Origin: Hypanus sabinus
Lineage: Eukaryota
NCBI RefSeq assembly: GCF_030144855.1
Contig: NC_082722.1
Coordinates: 26,970,001 to 27,034,000, forward strand
Reading direction: 5' to 3'
Length of the DNA stretch: 64,000 bases
In this document: one piece after another, positions 40,835-53,402 of the stretch
How the letters are laid out: each line of letters opens with the position of its first letter
Position numbering within the stretch: position 1 is the stretch's first letter
Translations under genes and position numbers: made by a program
Notes under the pieces: model-generated
The model's input: the letters and a program-made list of their open reading frames with translations, nothing else
Told to the model about the DNA's origin: nothing
Databases searched by the model: none

Positions 40835-41575
40835 CCAGAAATGTTTGTGCCAAAAGCTTTATTTACGACCCTATCTACCTGTGACGCCACTTTCAGCAAA
40901 TTATGCAGCTGTATTCCCAGATCCTTTTGTTTCATCACACTCCTCAGTGCCCTGCCACGCACCGTGTAAGACCTACTCTGGTTGGTCCCAACGACATGCA
41001 ACGTCTCCTTCTTGTTCACATTAATTCCAACTGCCATTTCCATCCTATTTTTGTCCTGCTGACACAGATCCCTCTGCAGCCAGGAAAGCTTTCCTCGCTG
41101 TCCACTAAACCCATAATATTGGTGTAATCCATAAATTTGCTGATCAACTTATCCACATTATCATCCAGATCGGTAATATAGATGACAAACAGGAATGAAC
41201 CCTGCACAGATCCCTGCGGCACGCCACTAATGTTCCGGTCAAAGAGGTAACCATACAATGTTATTTTTGGCTTCTTTCAGAAAGACTATGGATAATCCAA
41301 TTAACTACCACGCAGTGAATACTAAGTGACTGAACCTTCTTGAGCAGCCTCCTATGTGGACCTTCTCAAATGTCTTACTAAAGTCGATGTTAGCAACATG
41401 CTCTGTCTTCTTTTCAACCACTTACCTGGCACCGAAAACTCTACAAGATTGGATAGATATGAATAATCATGTACGAAGCCATGCTGACTCTCTTTAATCA
41501 GTCCATGTCGATCCAAGTAATTCTATATCCAGTCCCTTAGAATAGCTTCTAATAACTTTCCTACAACTGCTGTCA
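40835..41575 (-). mobile_element. CR1 RT fragment
   Basis: SGVPQGSVQGSFLFVIYITDLD...ISKFMDYT. Confidence 0.85.
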
Positions 41576-41579
41576 AGCT

Positions 41580-44400
41580 CGTTCTTGTTAAGTCGTTAAG
41601 TCGAGGCAGGGTCTTCGTGACCACATGGACTCCTGCACACCAAATCTTCTTGTTAAAAACTGTCTCTCTAAAATCCACCAACGTCATGCGTATTGCCTGA
41701 GTAATATTATTTTTCGTCTATCTTCTGTCGCCCGCTGCTTCTCTTACCTTTTGTTTTGCCTGACATGACGGTCTTCTCCAAAGAACCCTGCCTTCTCTTG
41801 ATGTGGCCAAAATATTTGAACGTTTGTCTCACAATTAAGTCTCCTAATGAACAGTCCAGCTGTATTTCTTCAAGTATTGCCTTGTTGGATGTTCTTGCTG
41901 ACCGACGAATTCTTATCACTTTTCGTCAGCAGCCAAGTCAAATTAGTCGATTGTTTTCGTATTCAGCTTTGCTCTCACAGCCATCCATCACAACTGGGAA
42001 TACCACAGACTTGCCTGCGTAGACAATTTTATATCTCTGCTCCTCAGTATTTTATCTAATTTTGCCATTGCTGCCCTCTGAGAAGTAGACGCTGTTTAAT
42101 TCCAAGGTTGCAGTTATCATATAAAGAAATCTGTGTCAGGAGGAAAACAAAATCCATCACTGCTTCCAATTGCTTTCCATGTATTACCATAGAATTAATA
42201 AGGCTAGTCGACAAAATCTTGACGTACTTCATATTGAGCGACAGCCAGCCTTTGCACTTTCTTCTTTCACCTTGATTAGAAGCCTCCTCTGATCCTATTA
42301 ACTTTCAGGCATTGGAGTAGTATCATCTGCATATCTGAAGTTGTTAATATTTGGTCCGGCAATTTTGAACCCAACATTTGAGTCCTCTCGATCAACATTC
42401 TTCATGACGTGTTCAGCATATACTGTAGATTAAATCAGTACGGTGACAGTATGCAGCCTTGTCATACTCTTCCCAAATTTCTATTAGACTTTTTTATTCC
42501 ATATTCTGTCCTAGCTATTGCGTCCTGATTTTCGTACAAGTTTCTCATAAGGCAGATCAGATATCCAGGTATCCCCATTTCTTTAAAGCTTTGCCATAGT
42601 GTATTATGGTACACACTGTCGAAGGCTTTAGAGCAGTCAATAAAACATAGGTAGAGTTTTCTGGGATACCATCGACTTCACCATTTTCCAGCGTAGCTTA
42701 TTAACGTGTCCGGTGCCCCTGCCTCTTGTAAAATCAGCTTGTAAATCTGGCAGTTCTCGTTCCATATAATGCTGAAGTTTTGCTTGCATGACCTTTAGAA
42801 TTACATTGCTTGCATGTGAAATTTCGTGAAACGGTCCAGTAATTTGAACACTGATTTACATTTCCCTTCATGGGAATTGGGATATGAATCGATCTTTTCC
42901 TTCTGAAGGCCATTATCCAGGTTTCCAGGTCTGATGGACAATTGCATGCAACACTTTTACACTGCATCAGCTTTTAAAGTTTTAAAGAATTCAACTGGAA
43001 TTCTGTCACATCTTGCGGTCTTCTTATTGGCAATGTTTTCGATCGCCGATTCGTTTTCACTTTCCAGAATATCCGGCTCTAGATCGATAAGGGATTCATT
43101 GTTGTTGGGGTCAGTCCCATTGTTGTTGGGACTGCTGTTCGGGTCTTTCTTGTTCAATTCTTCCTATCATTTCTATATGATTGAATGGCGGAACAGATTC
43201 GATGGGCCGAGTGTCCGTGTTGTGCTCCTATATCTTATGCGATTGTGGTGTCTTTCTGATGTCTTCTGCTTCTGTAAGGTCCTTCCCTTATTTGCCTTTT
43301 ACTAATCTAATTTTTGAATGAAATGTTCCTTTGATTTCTCTAATATCTTTGAATAGATCTCTTGTTTTACCAATTCTTTTCGATTCTTCAGCTTCTATGC
43401 ATCTCTACTTTAAGTAAGTTTCATTATATTTCATTGCTACCTTATTAAACATTCTGTTCCAATCTCCATTGACCTTCACATCTCTTCGCTGCTCAGCAAC
43501 TTCTAGATCTTCTGCAGAAAGGCATTTTGTTTCAATGGTCTTCTTTTCGTTTGCAATTTTATTTGTTGCCACCTGTTGTATCGTGCTCATTACTTCTATC
43601 TATAGTTCTTCTCGCTTTCTCTCTGGCAGGTTTAATCCATTGAGTAATTTCTTCATCCCCACGGCATATTCTTGAAGGACGCTATCAACATCAAACTTTG
43701 CTGTTTTGTCGGTTATCTTGAAGGCGTGATTTTCATTCTGAATAGTGCAACAAGCAGCTTCGCCTCACTATTAACAACTGTGTGTCCAACTCCTGAGTAA
43801 ATATAGATAAGATGTCCTCAATCTTTTTTGGCTCCATACATGAATGTCCATACTAATTTTCCAGAGGATATATTTTATTCCTTGCAATCCTTTTACTGTT
43901 CACACATCGATAGAATAATTTAGGATTCTCCATTACATTGACTGCTAAGGCAAACTCGTGCATTATTTTAGTGTTTAGTCCTCCTAATTTCTTTATTAAG
44001 TATTATTTGCATATTGTATACTCCAGAAGCACCCCGTTATTTCCCACATGCTCATACGTGCTATGCAGATTTTTTCAAAATCAGGGGCTCAATTTCTCTT
44101 TCAAAGGTAGGTTTCCGACACTTGTTATCGTTTCTTTTATTCAGACAGTCAGATTCCAGCTTTGTTCTCACAACATTTCACCTGTAAAGGCCTTGCTTCT
44201 CCCAACTGCACTTTTATAAGTATTTCCTGTCCCAATCCACACTTGCCAGATCCTTTCTGATATCATCAAAAATTACCTGTCAGCCATTTAGAATATCAAC
44301 CCACGGAAAAGAGCTCTCATTTTGCATATTTACTTTTAAAATAATGGAGAGGTGATCACTACATTCAAAGTCTCCTCTAACGCAAATCCTGTGACATGCC
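41580..44400 (-). mobile_element. RTE-clade (BovB-like) LINE, decayed
   Basis: IPIPMKGNVNQCSNY; KYFGHIKRRQGSLEKTVMSGKTKGKRSSGRQK; the 3' end ggagtccatgtggtcacgaaga...cgacttaacgacttaac resembles RTE/BovB tails. Confidence 0.85.
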
Positions 44401-45488
44401 CGTTCTCATTCCCTAATACCAAATCAAGTATCGGTTGGACGTCTCATAATGATGAAGATGATGGCATTCGTCTGTCTCCAATGTCTCCATTGGTTTTGCA
44501 GCACTCAAGTGACCTCTCCAGGACACAAGCCTGGGCGGAAGGCATGTGGATCTTCACATCGTCACGGCCTTCCGCTCGGGCTCATCGGGCTCAAGGGAAT
44601 AATTCAAACAGGATTGAAACAATACGTTTAGCACCAGCTTGGCGGTAGGAGCTGACGAAAGGATGCTTAGTGACGTCCAACCCCCTTAGCTGCTCCACTC
44701 GGGGGATTTTCTGCCTATGTTTAATCCCGTAGGCTTTTCCCCTACCGAGGCTGCCCACAAGGCTGTATCTCTATTTACCCATAGCTCGGAATTTGGTCCT
44801 CGAGCACAAGGACATATCCACGCTCGATGGGCTTGCGTGCGGTGGCTAGACCTCCACTCTACAGAACACTCTGCAGTTCAGTATGCGTCCGAAGCGTGTT
44901 GAGTTTGTGTATATCATCAGGCAGGTGGCACCATATGAGGCTTGCTGTAGTATTGGTATCTTCTGGAAGGGGGAGACTTATGCTTTCAGCTCTACTTGAC
45001 AAGTATCGTCACCCCACTTTATTTAATTATCCCGCTCTGTATCGTCAAAAACAACGGACTATGGGATATTGAGCTGTCTGACCTGCAGCTCTTGTAACCA
45101 AGTCTCATAATGCCTAGAATAGCATCATTCTGGGCGTTGCTCCATGCCCGAGGTCAACGCGCATTCCTGCTATAAGTACTATATTGACGTATATGCTGAT
45201 CAGTCATTAATCACGCCATGCTCAACCTTGCGGTTTTGGAATTTGATTTAGCTCATAACAACATCTGTCTCCACAACCTCTCCACGAACTATTCCCGCAC
45301 TGTGGTTCCTTGAAAGGTAGCTCAATGATCCAAAAATATATTGCCTTCTTTACTACACCAAATCCTCAACCAGATATTAAACTGTACAGTTTTTTTCTAA
45401 TCTAGCCTCACTAGCACATGCCACAGGCAGCAATCTTGAGGTCACAATTCTGGAGGTCCAGAAGTTTAATTTAGTACTTATCTTCCTT

Positions 45489-45752
45489 NNNNNNNNNNNN
45501 NNNNNNNNNNNNNNNNNNNNNNNNNNNNNNNNNNNNNNNNNNNNNNNNNNNNNNNNNNNNNNNNNNNNNNNNNNNNNNNNNNNNNNNNNNNNNNNNNNNN
45601 NNNNNNNNNNNNNNNNNNNNNNNNNNNNNNNNNNNNNNNNNNNNNNNNNNNNNNNNNNNNNNNNNNNNNNNNNNNNNNNNNNNNNNNNNNNNNNNNNNNN
45701 NNNNNNNNNNNNNNNNNNNNNNNNNNNNNNNNNNNNNNNNNNNNNNNNNNNN
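45489..45752. other. Assembly gap (N)
   Basis: Run of N. Confidence 1.
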
Positions 45753-48270
45753 ATTACATAGAATGAATGGAATATTAGAATAGTAAAAACAATAAAATTG
45801 ACCCTCCTCGTCCCATTAAACCTCCCCCCTTAACACCTATCTAAAAAAAGAAAAAAAGGAAAGGAAAGAAAGAAAGTAAAATTGCCTGAATATCGGAGGA
45901 TCCCCACATGCTCCATGAAGTTCAACATAATTTTATTCTTTATTTTTATTTTCCCCATTACTTCGTAATTTTATCTTCAAAGGACCTTTACATTTAATCC
46001 TAACATTTGTAGATATGGGTGCCAAATTTTCAAAAATATATCATATTCATTTCTTAGATTGTAAGTAGTATTTTCAAGTGGAATGCAGCTATATATTTCA
46101 TTATTCCAACGATCCATAGTTAAATATAAGTATGATTTCCAAGTAACTGCAATAACTTTCTTGTCTACTGCCAATGCAATTTTTAATTTTTTTCCTGATA
46201 ATTACTCAATTTAAATTTCGGTATTGTCCCTTCAATGTCAACTAGTAAAAATAATATTGGACTATGTGGGAGTTGTACTCCAGTAATTTGTTCCAATAAA
46301 AGTCTTAAATTTATCTAAAACGGTTGAATTTTAAAACAAGACCAAGTAGAATGTAAAAAAAACACAATTTCTTGATTACATCGAAAACATTGGTCAGATA
46401 GATTTGAATTTAATATATTTATTTTCTGTGGTGTTATATATAATTGATGTAAAAATTATATTGTACTAATCTAAGTCGAACATTTATTGTATGTATCATA
46501 CTATCAAAACATAATCTTGACTAATCTTTCCGTCAATTTTAATGTTCAAATCAGATTCCCATTTTTGTCTTGATTTATGAATTCCTGGTTTAATTGCCTG
46601 TTTTTGAATCAAATTATACATACAGGAACTAATTTTAGTAATTTTTCCTTTTTGAATTAATATTTCTATTTCATTAGGTTTTGGCATTAACATTGTTTGA
46701 CCCAGTTTATCTCGTAAATAGGCCTTAAATTTAAAATAACAGAAAAGGGTGTTATTTGATATTTTATATTTATGTTTTAATTGTTCAAACGATATCAATA
46801 CATCTCCTTCAACACAGGCACCTATATATTTAATCCCCTTTTGAAACTAGTTATGTAAAAGTTTATTATCCATTGTAAAAGGAATAAGCCTATTTTGAAT
46901 TAAGGTACTTCTTGCTAATAAATATTTCTTTATCTCATCGTCCATACATACCTTATTCCATAAATCAATCAAATGTCTTAATATAAGGTATTCTTTCTTT
47001 ACCGTATCCATTTGGATTCCCATTTAGATATAAAATCTTCTGGTATATTTTCTCCTATCTGATCTAGTTCTATTCTAATCCATGCCGGTTTTTCTTCATT
47101 AAAAAAAAAAGATGCAATAAATCTATGTTGATTTGCTTTATAATAATTCTTAAAATTTGGAAGTTGTAACCATCCTAATTCAAATTTACATGCCAATTTT
47201 TCCAATGATATTCTTGACATCTTTCCTTTCCAAAGAAACTTCCTCAAATATGTATTCAATTCTTATAAAAACTTCTGAGGCAGTTGTATTTGTAAGGTTT
47301 GGAATAATTATTGCAATCTAGGAAATATATTCATTTTTACAGCATTAACTCTACCTATTAATGTTACTGGTAACATCATCCATTTATAAAGATCTTCTTT
47401 TATTTGTTTTAGGATATGATATGAAAGGATTAGATGTGCCCTTTACATTAAAGGAGGTTGAAGAAGATTTAGGATCACTTCAGAGTAATAAATCCCCAGG
47501 AGAAGACGGTTTTCCGACTGAATTTTATTAAAAAAATTAAAGATTTATTAATCCCTCCTTTTATGGAATTAATATATCAAGTGGAAAGAATGCGCAAACT
47601 CCCACAATCTTTTTCGACAGCGGTCATAACTGTATTGCCAAAAAAGATAGAGATCCTTTAAAACCAACATCATACAGGCCTACCTCCTTGTTGAATACAG
47701 ATTATAAAATAATAGCAACAATTTTATCTAATAGAATATCTAAATATCTACCAAAATTAATACATATAGATCAAACAGGCTTTATTAAAAACAGACAGTT
47801 AACGGACATTGTAACTCGGTTACTTAGCCTAATACATTTGGCACAAAAAAGAGAGGAAATGAGTGTGACAGTTGCCTTGGATGCAGAAAAAGCATTTGAT
47901 AGATTGGAATGGGATTTTTTATTTAAGGTACTGGAAAAATATGAGTTAGGAAAATCTTTTATAAAATGAATTATAATCTTAAATATTAATCCTCAAGCTA
48001 AAGTAGTTACAAATGGAAAGATTTCAACACCATTCCGCATAACAAGGTCAACTAGTCAAGGTTGCCCATTATCATCTGCCCCATTTGTGTTAGCGATAGC
48101 TGAAATAATTAGAGCAGATTCAGATATTATGGGCTTTAGGGTAAACCAAGAAGAATATAAGATTAATTTATTTACTGATGATGTTCTGATTTGTTTAACA
48201 AACCGATTGCAATCGTTGCAAAAACTATTTTTCAGATTGGAAGTATATGGGAAAATATCGGGGTAATACC
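45753..48270. mobile_element. L1-clade LINE with 5' inversion (minus 45753-about 47420; plus about 47421-48270)
   Basis: The plus part encodes KSPGEDGF...LNTDYKI...LDAEKAFDR...QGCPLS...FTDD; the minus part encodes downstream ORF2 (LPVTLIGRVNAVKM, FLWKGK...GWLQLPNFKNYY). Confidence 0.85.
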
Positions 48271-48770
48271 TAACTTCCTGAACCCACTTTGCAGGACGTT
48301 GTCACACTTCCTAGCTATGTCATTGGTAGCTACGTGGACACCGACCTCTGGCTATTCAGTCTCCCACTTTAGAATACCAAAGACTCAATCCGTGACGTCC
48401 TGGACCCTCGCACCCAGGAGGCAACGTCATCAGAAAATCTCGTTCTCGACCACAGAAACTCCTTTCTTCTCTCCAAACGAATCCCCTACATCAACAGCTC
48501 GCCACTACTCTCTTCTCCCCAGAACCCGCCCCCACCACCAAATTCTCGTCTGAGTTGCAGAGACAGGCCCGAGGCTAAAGACCAGACCGCCGTGACATTC
48601 CACTGATAAGTCATTCTCTCCAACAGTATCCAAATTGGTATACCTGCTGCCGAGGGGGATTGCCATAGGGTACTCTGCGCTGGCTGTTGAAAGCTTTTCG
48701 CTTCCTGACTGCTATCCAAATATAAATTGCAGATAAACACTCTGCCAGAACAATAATATTACTTGATTAC

Positions 48771-48976
48771 CAACACACACAAAATGCTGGTGGAACACAG
48801 CAGTCTAGGCATCATCAATAGGGAGAACACTGTCGAAGTTTCGGGCCGAGTCCTGCATGGTCTTGGCCCGAAACGTCGACAGTGTTCTCCCTATAGATGC
48901 TGCCTGGCATGCTGCGTTCCACCGGCATTTTGTGTGTGTTGCTTGAATTTCCAGCATCTGCAGATTTCCTCGTGTT
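48771..48976. repeat. About 170-bp imperfect palindrome made of two head-to-head Penelope-like terminal repeats
   Basis: caacacacacaaaatgctggtggaac...tttcgggccgag / cttggcccgaaacgtcgac...ccaccggcattttgtgtgtgttg. Confidence 0.9.
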
Positions 48977-50129
48977 TACTATATTACTTGATTTGTGCTT
49001 TCCATGAGAACAACGTAATGACAGATCCACCTTCATCACTACAGAAAGATACTTGATTTGCTGAGTAACAAGGCTGTTCTAGTGGCACAAGACATGGATG
49101 GGAAGTTCATTCACCATGTTGAGGAAAGCCTGTAATGAAAACTCGATGGATATCCTGGTTAGTATGCACAAATGAAAAATAGAAAGAAACACGACACATA
49201 GCATAACAATCTAAGCACAGCTATTGTAAATTAACAAGCAATTTTGTGTAATTTACTGTAATTCTCGTTTTTATGAAACAATGAACAGTATTATTTTAAA
49301 ATAACACAATCTTAACGTGTCATTTAAATATATAAACATAAATCTGTAAAGTAAAATTTACTGTCTTTGCATGGAATTACTAATGATCTTCATTGTTCCT
49401 CAGAATAGTTACAAGCATCTTCGAAAATGTCAAATAATTATTGAAATGAAAGGAAATTACTCGATGAATTAGGTGGGGTAAGGAATGCCGGTGAAGGCAT
49501 GAGGGTGTTTAATGTGTTGAACGGGAGACTCGCGATATAGTTTGTAGAGGGAAGGTGCGCAATATATAAATGTGAAAACGAGGGGTGCGACCGGTGATAG
49601 ACGGAACCAAGCTCGTGGGTCTCACAAACACGGATTCGGCAGAACAGTAGATACGGCAATTGCGCTAGTGAATATAAACATTTACGCAAATTATTATCTA
49701 ATCGTGATAATATTTAACTCCATAATTGTCGTCGTAGTGCTTCTTCAGAAATGGATAGCTCCGCTGCCTGTTTGCATTCGGTCTTCCTTGAGAAATTGTA
49801 CTTTCGAGTCAACTGATTCTGAAAACTAGCGGGCTTTGTTTAATATTTAGATCTCTTATCAGCGGTAGTGTAGGCTCCAATTCCCGTTTGAGAGGTTTAG
49901 TTAACGGCCCTGTTTGGCATAGATTTTCTTGTTTTATTTTCTCTTTAACACCTTTCATATTAAAATTCTGTGACCTATCGACCCGGTTCCGTGTCTCACA
50001 GTCCGCATTTGAGTCATGTTCATCCTGATGACAGTGGGATGGACTGGTGGTGTGTTTGGAATCGTAGCGAGAAAGGATTAATTCAATTTTCTCATTGCAC
50101 GTTCCTGCAAGGACATAGAAGGCACAAAT

Positions 50130-50980
50130 GGCAGCGCGCAGTGGCCATTCAAGGAATGAATATCTGTTCTCTGTATGTAGGGTCCGTGTACAATCCTGAT
50201 TTGAAGGAGACGGACGTGTGAAGCACGGAGGAACAGCTGGTGAAATTTTCAAATGTCTGTTTCGCTGCCACTGCTACTGTGCGATCGGAAAAATCTCCGG
50301 GAGGAAGTGCCCAAATCCTTGGCTTTGCCTGTTGCTTCGCGGTCGCTGCCGGGGTCGAAGCGCTCCGCAGAGATGGCGCTCGATGCTGGGTGTTGGAGGG
50401 CTGGTCGGAGGCTCGAAGTTTTCGGACGGACTCCGGGTTGGCTGTGGTCGGAGCTCCCAAAGTGCTGTATCGACAAACTGCCGCACTGGAGGTTCATGGC
50501 AGGGAGAGTTATTCTTCCTTCTGCCAACTGTGTGAGATAATGGGCTGTTGGGACTTTGATACTTTCTTTCAAACCGTGCCATGGACTGCTCTTTATCAGA
50601 TTACGGTATTGCTTTGCACTGTTAAAACTGTGTGTTATAATTATGTGTTCTTTGTCAGTTAGACTTTTATCAATTATGGTGGTGTCTTTACAGTTGAAGC
50701 TATATGTTAACTATATGTAACTATGTGGTTTTGTGTAGTTCTTGTAGCTTTAGGTTTGTCTGATAGTTTTGTAGTTCATTTCCGGGGAACATTCTAAGAC
50801 GGTAGCGCGATATTATACGCAGCACCCACTCTGGACTCTGGATTGGTATTACAAAACGCTATGTGGTCTGTTTTGGGTTTTTTCGTGATATCATTCCGGA
50901 GAATGTTGTTTCATTTTTAACTGCATTAAATTTGTTGTTTATAAATGACAATAAACGGAATCTGAATCTGAATCTGAATT
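50130..50980 (+). mobile_element. Non-autonomous retroposon/SINE-like element with (TCTGAA)n tail; a second 3' fragment lies at about 60130-60365
   Basis: Shared 3' block gacggtagcgcgatatta...tttttaactgcatt...aaatgacaataaac...aatctgaatctg in both copies. Confidence 0.75.
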
Positions 50981-51499
50981 ACGGTCGAGTCAAACATGCC
51001 TGATTAAGGTGGATTAAAGGATATATATTGGACAGTTAATGGGGGAAATCGCCATCATGAAAGAAAACGAAACCATGGGATTAATGCTGATCAGTCGGCA
51101 GTGCAAATCGACCTGTATTTAAGATGTTTAATTAAACGCATTTTGCGTCAAACGCATCTTCAGTGGCTTTCCAAATCATTTTTAATGGAGATTTCGTCCT
51201 CTAATTATGAATTGAACCAAAGTGAGTAGCCAAGGTTCAAAATCGCAGTTAGCGAATAAGATAGAGTTTATCGTTTATTGTATTGTTTGCTCGTAGAAGA
51301 GTGTTTCGAAATAGGTTGTTGTCAGCGCAAAGCGTTAGAACTGGGTGAGGGGCGGTGTGGAGGCATCGTCATAACAGCGTAGCTATCAGAGATGGCACCA
51401 TCTCTCAGGCCTTCGCAGTGACCGTTGCACTTGCTTGAGATGATGCCGAGAATTTCCAAGATTGCAAATATCTAAACTCATTGAACCCATTAAGTTTAT

Positions 51500-52020
51500 A
51501 TTATTCTATTTTTTACTTTATTCATTACAGTGTTCGGACAGTTTCTAACACTTAAGTGCAGTGCACATGTCCTTTTGCATCAGTGTTAGTGAGCACTTTT
51601 TTTTTGTACAGGGCATTCTTCAGTGCGAGAAAATGATGATACGGGTTTAAAACGATGTTGAAGTAAGCTGAAACTAAATACGTCCGGTAAAGCGCTTTAG
51701 AACATATCACCAGCACTTCGTGCGCTTGAGAAATTAGTCTACTCTTGTAACATTGTCCTTCAGCGAAATGAGAAACGACTCTTTGCGTTTTTAATGAGTA
51801 GATGAAGAAATGAATAAGAAAGACAAGAGTACAACGGTATGTCAACTACGAACAAGATATGAATGTGCATTTTTACGTGAACGTAAATATCAAAGCAGTA
51901 CTTAAAGGTGGAGAAATCTACGAGATTTGAAATCTGAAGTGACCTAGGAGAAGGAAATGTATGGATGATTCTCAAAAGGAAATCTGTCCCAGCAAACATA
52001 TCCAGCAGAACAGGTCTGAG
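51500..52020. repeat. Diverged paralogous segment (unit D) of about 5300-5830 / 8850-9350
   Basis: Colinear similarity through the acceptor, the 50-nt exon and about 350 nt downstream (e.g. atgattctc...gaaatct...ccagc). Confidence 0.7.
51612..51661 (+). CDS. Putative stop-containing exon GHSSVRENDDTGLKRC* (diverged unit D)
   Basis: ttttttttgtacag| acceptor. TGLKR is kept through three synonymous changes versus unit A (ACT/ACG, GGG/GGT, TTG/TTA), and the stop is at the same offset. Confidence 0.5.
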
Positions 52021-53051
52021 CGCCTATTTCTTGTTTGCAAGAGGGTATGTTTCTATTATTTTTGCGAATTTCTCTGGAATACCGAAACACTTTGAGGAAT
52101 AGATTGTTGTTTCCCTTATCAGAAAGAGGATTTATTTATCTCCCGGTGTTCTCTGTACCTACTTCCAACCTTCCTTAATTCCACATCTTATCCGCCACCA
52201 ACGCTGACCTGATGAGCAACAATAATGCATTATTATAACAGGATGCTCACCTTGTTGTGTCACTCATACATAGACCTGAACAGGAATTAAAACGTCAGTT
52301 TACTGACTATTGGCCAAAAAAAATGCTGGGCATATTTCTGATTTATTTTGCTCTATTGGTCAATTGGGCAGTTGTTAATCGCTAAGGAGCTCTGTACAAA
52401 ACACCATATTCTTCGAGAGTACACATCCTGACCCGTGATTTCTATATAAATATACTTATGAACGTCCACGTTTTTGAGTCAAAATGCTTAATTTAAACCT
52501 GACCTCCTTTAATGTGACCATGTGCGTATCTCCTCCCCTACAATGTGCTGGGACAGGTACACAGGTTGCAATGCATTTCTCTTGCGGTTTGGTGCCCTGG
52601 GATTTCTGTTACTACCATGTGATAGTGTAGTTGTATTTTACAGCTATTATTGAGCAGCAAGCCGTGGATGTATGTGAAAAAGAAAAGTACTGTTTATTTT
52701 TTTATCATACAACATTTACTGATCAGTATTGAGGCACAGAGGAGTTATCGCAAGAATGCGTTACAATGTTTTCAAATCATCAAGTCGATATCTCCCTCAA
52801 TTGAACGTTGACATAAGTGAACAAGAATAACTGTTCCGTTGGCTTTTCTTTTACACTGAAAAGTTTCTCTATCTGGTGATGATGAATCTCGGATGTTTTT
52901 TCTCATCCTCTGAGGCTTATGGAGGGAATAGCTCCACAGTATTTAAGACAGAATAGATTTATCTCATGATTAGTGTCTGTTCAATGATATAGCCAAAGAG
53001 AATCAGATATTTTCTTCTTGAATGACCGGACAGAAGAGAGAGGCAGAATGG

Positions 53052-53057
53052 TTTATT
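53052..53057 (-). promoter_or_regulatory. Putative polyadenylation signal for the cassette-2 exon
   Basis: AATAAA on the minus strand about 215 nt after the TGA at 53271-53273. Confidence 0.45.
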
Positions 53058-53270
53058 CCCAATCTTGTTCTTAAATTTTTTACTTTTAATTTTTCCAGTG
53101 ATAATCACCTCAAATAAATAGAAGAAGAAATTGATCCCTTATCTTCCTAACTTATAAATGTGGTATTGATTAACAATTTTTGTATGGATGTAAGAAATTA
53201 AACGAAGCAATGCCTCGGGCCTGCACTCATTGAGAGTCTATAGCTCTAAAGTGCATTTGGATTCTCAGCT

Positions 53271-53402
53271 TCACAGTTTCTTTGATGTATTTACATCTGC
53301 GTACAATGTATGCTGATTTTCATGTTTGGATGCTGAGGTGTTCTTGGAATTAGGAATCTGCAGAGCAGCGTAAGTCACTTTGTCAGCCCCATTTCTATTA
53401 TT
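53271..53402 (-). CDS. ITIM/ITSM terminal exon, cassette 2
   Basis: Acceptor gaaatattttcacag|. Phase 0 reads NNRNGADK-VTYAAL-QIPNSKNTSASKHENQH-TLYADV-NTSKKL*: a canonical ITIM plus an ITSM. AATAAA lies downstream. Confidence 0.87.
   Translation of the reverse strand, partial: NNRNGADKVTYAALQIPNSKNTSASKHENQHTLYADVNTSKKL

Noticed and set aside
49572-49829. Hydrophobic stretch resembling a TM helix on the plus strand
   Set aside because: AT-rich chance hydrophobicity, with no flanking splice sites that isolate it as an exon.
49809-50252. 147-aa minus-strand ORF
   Set aside because: Its 5' half is antisense SINE-like repeat, and the rest has no recognisable motif or convincing splice frame.
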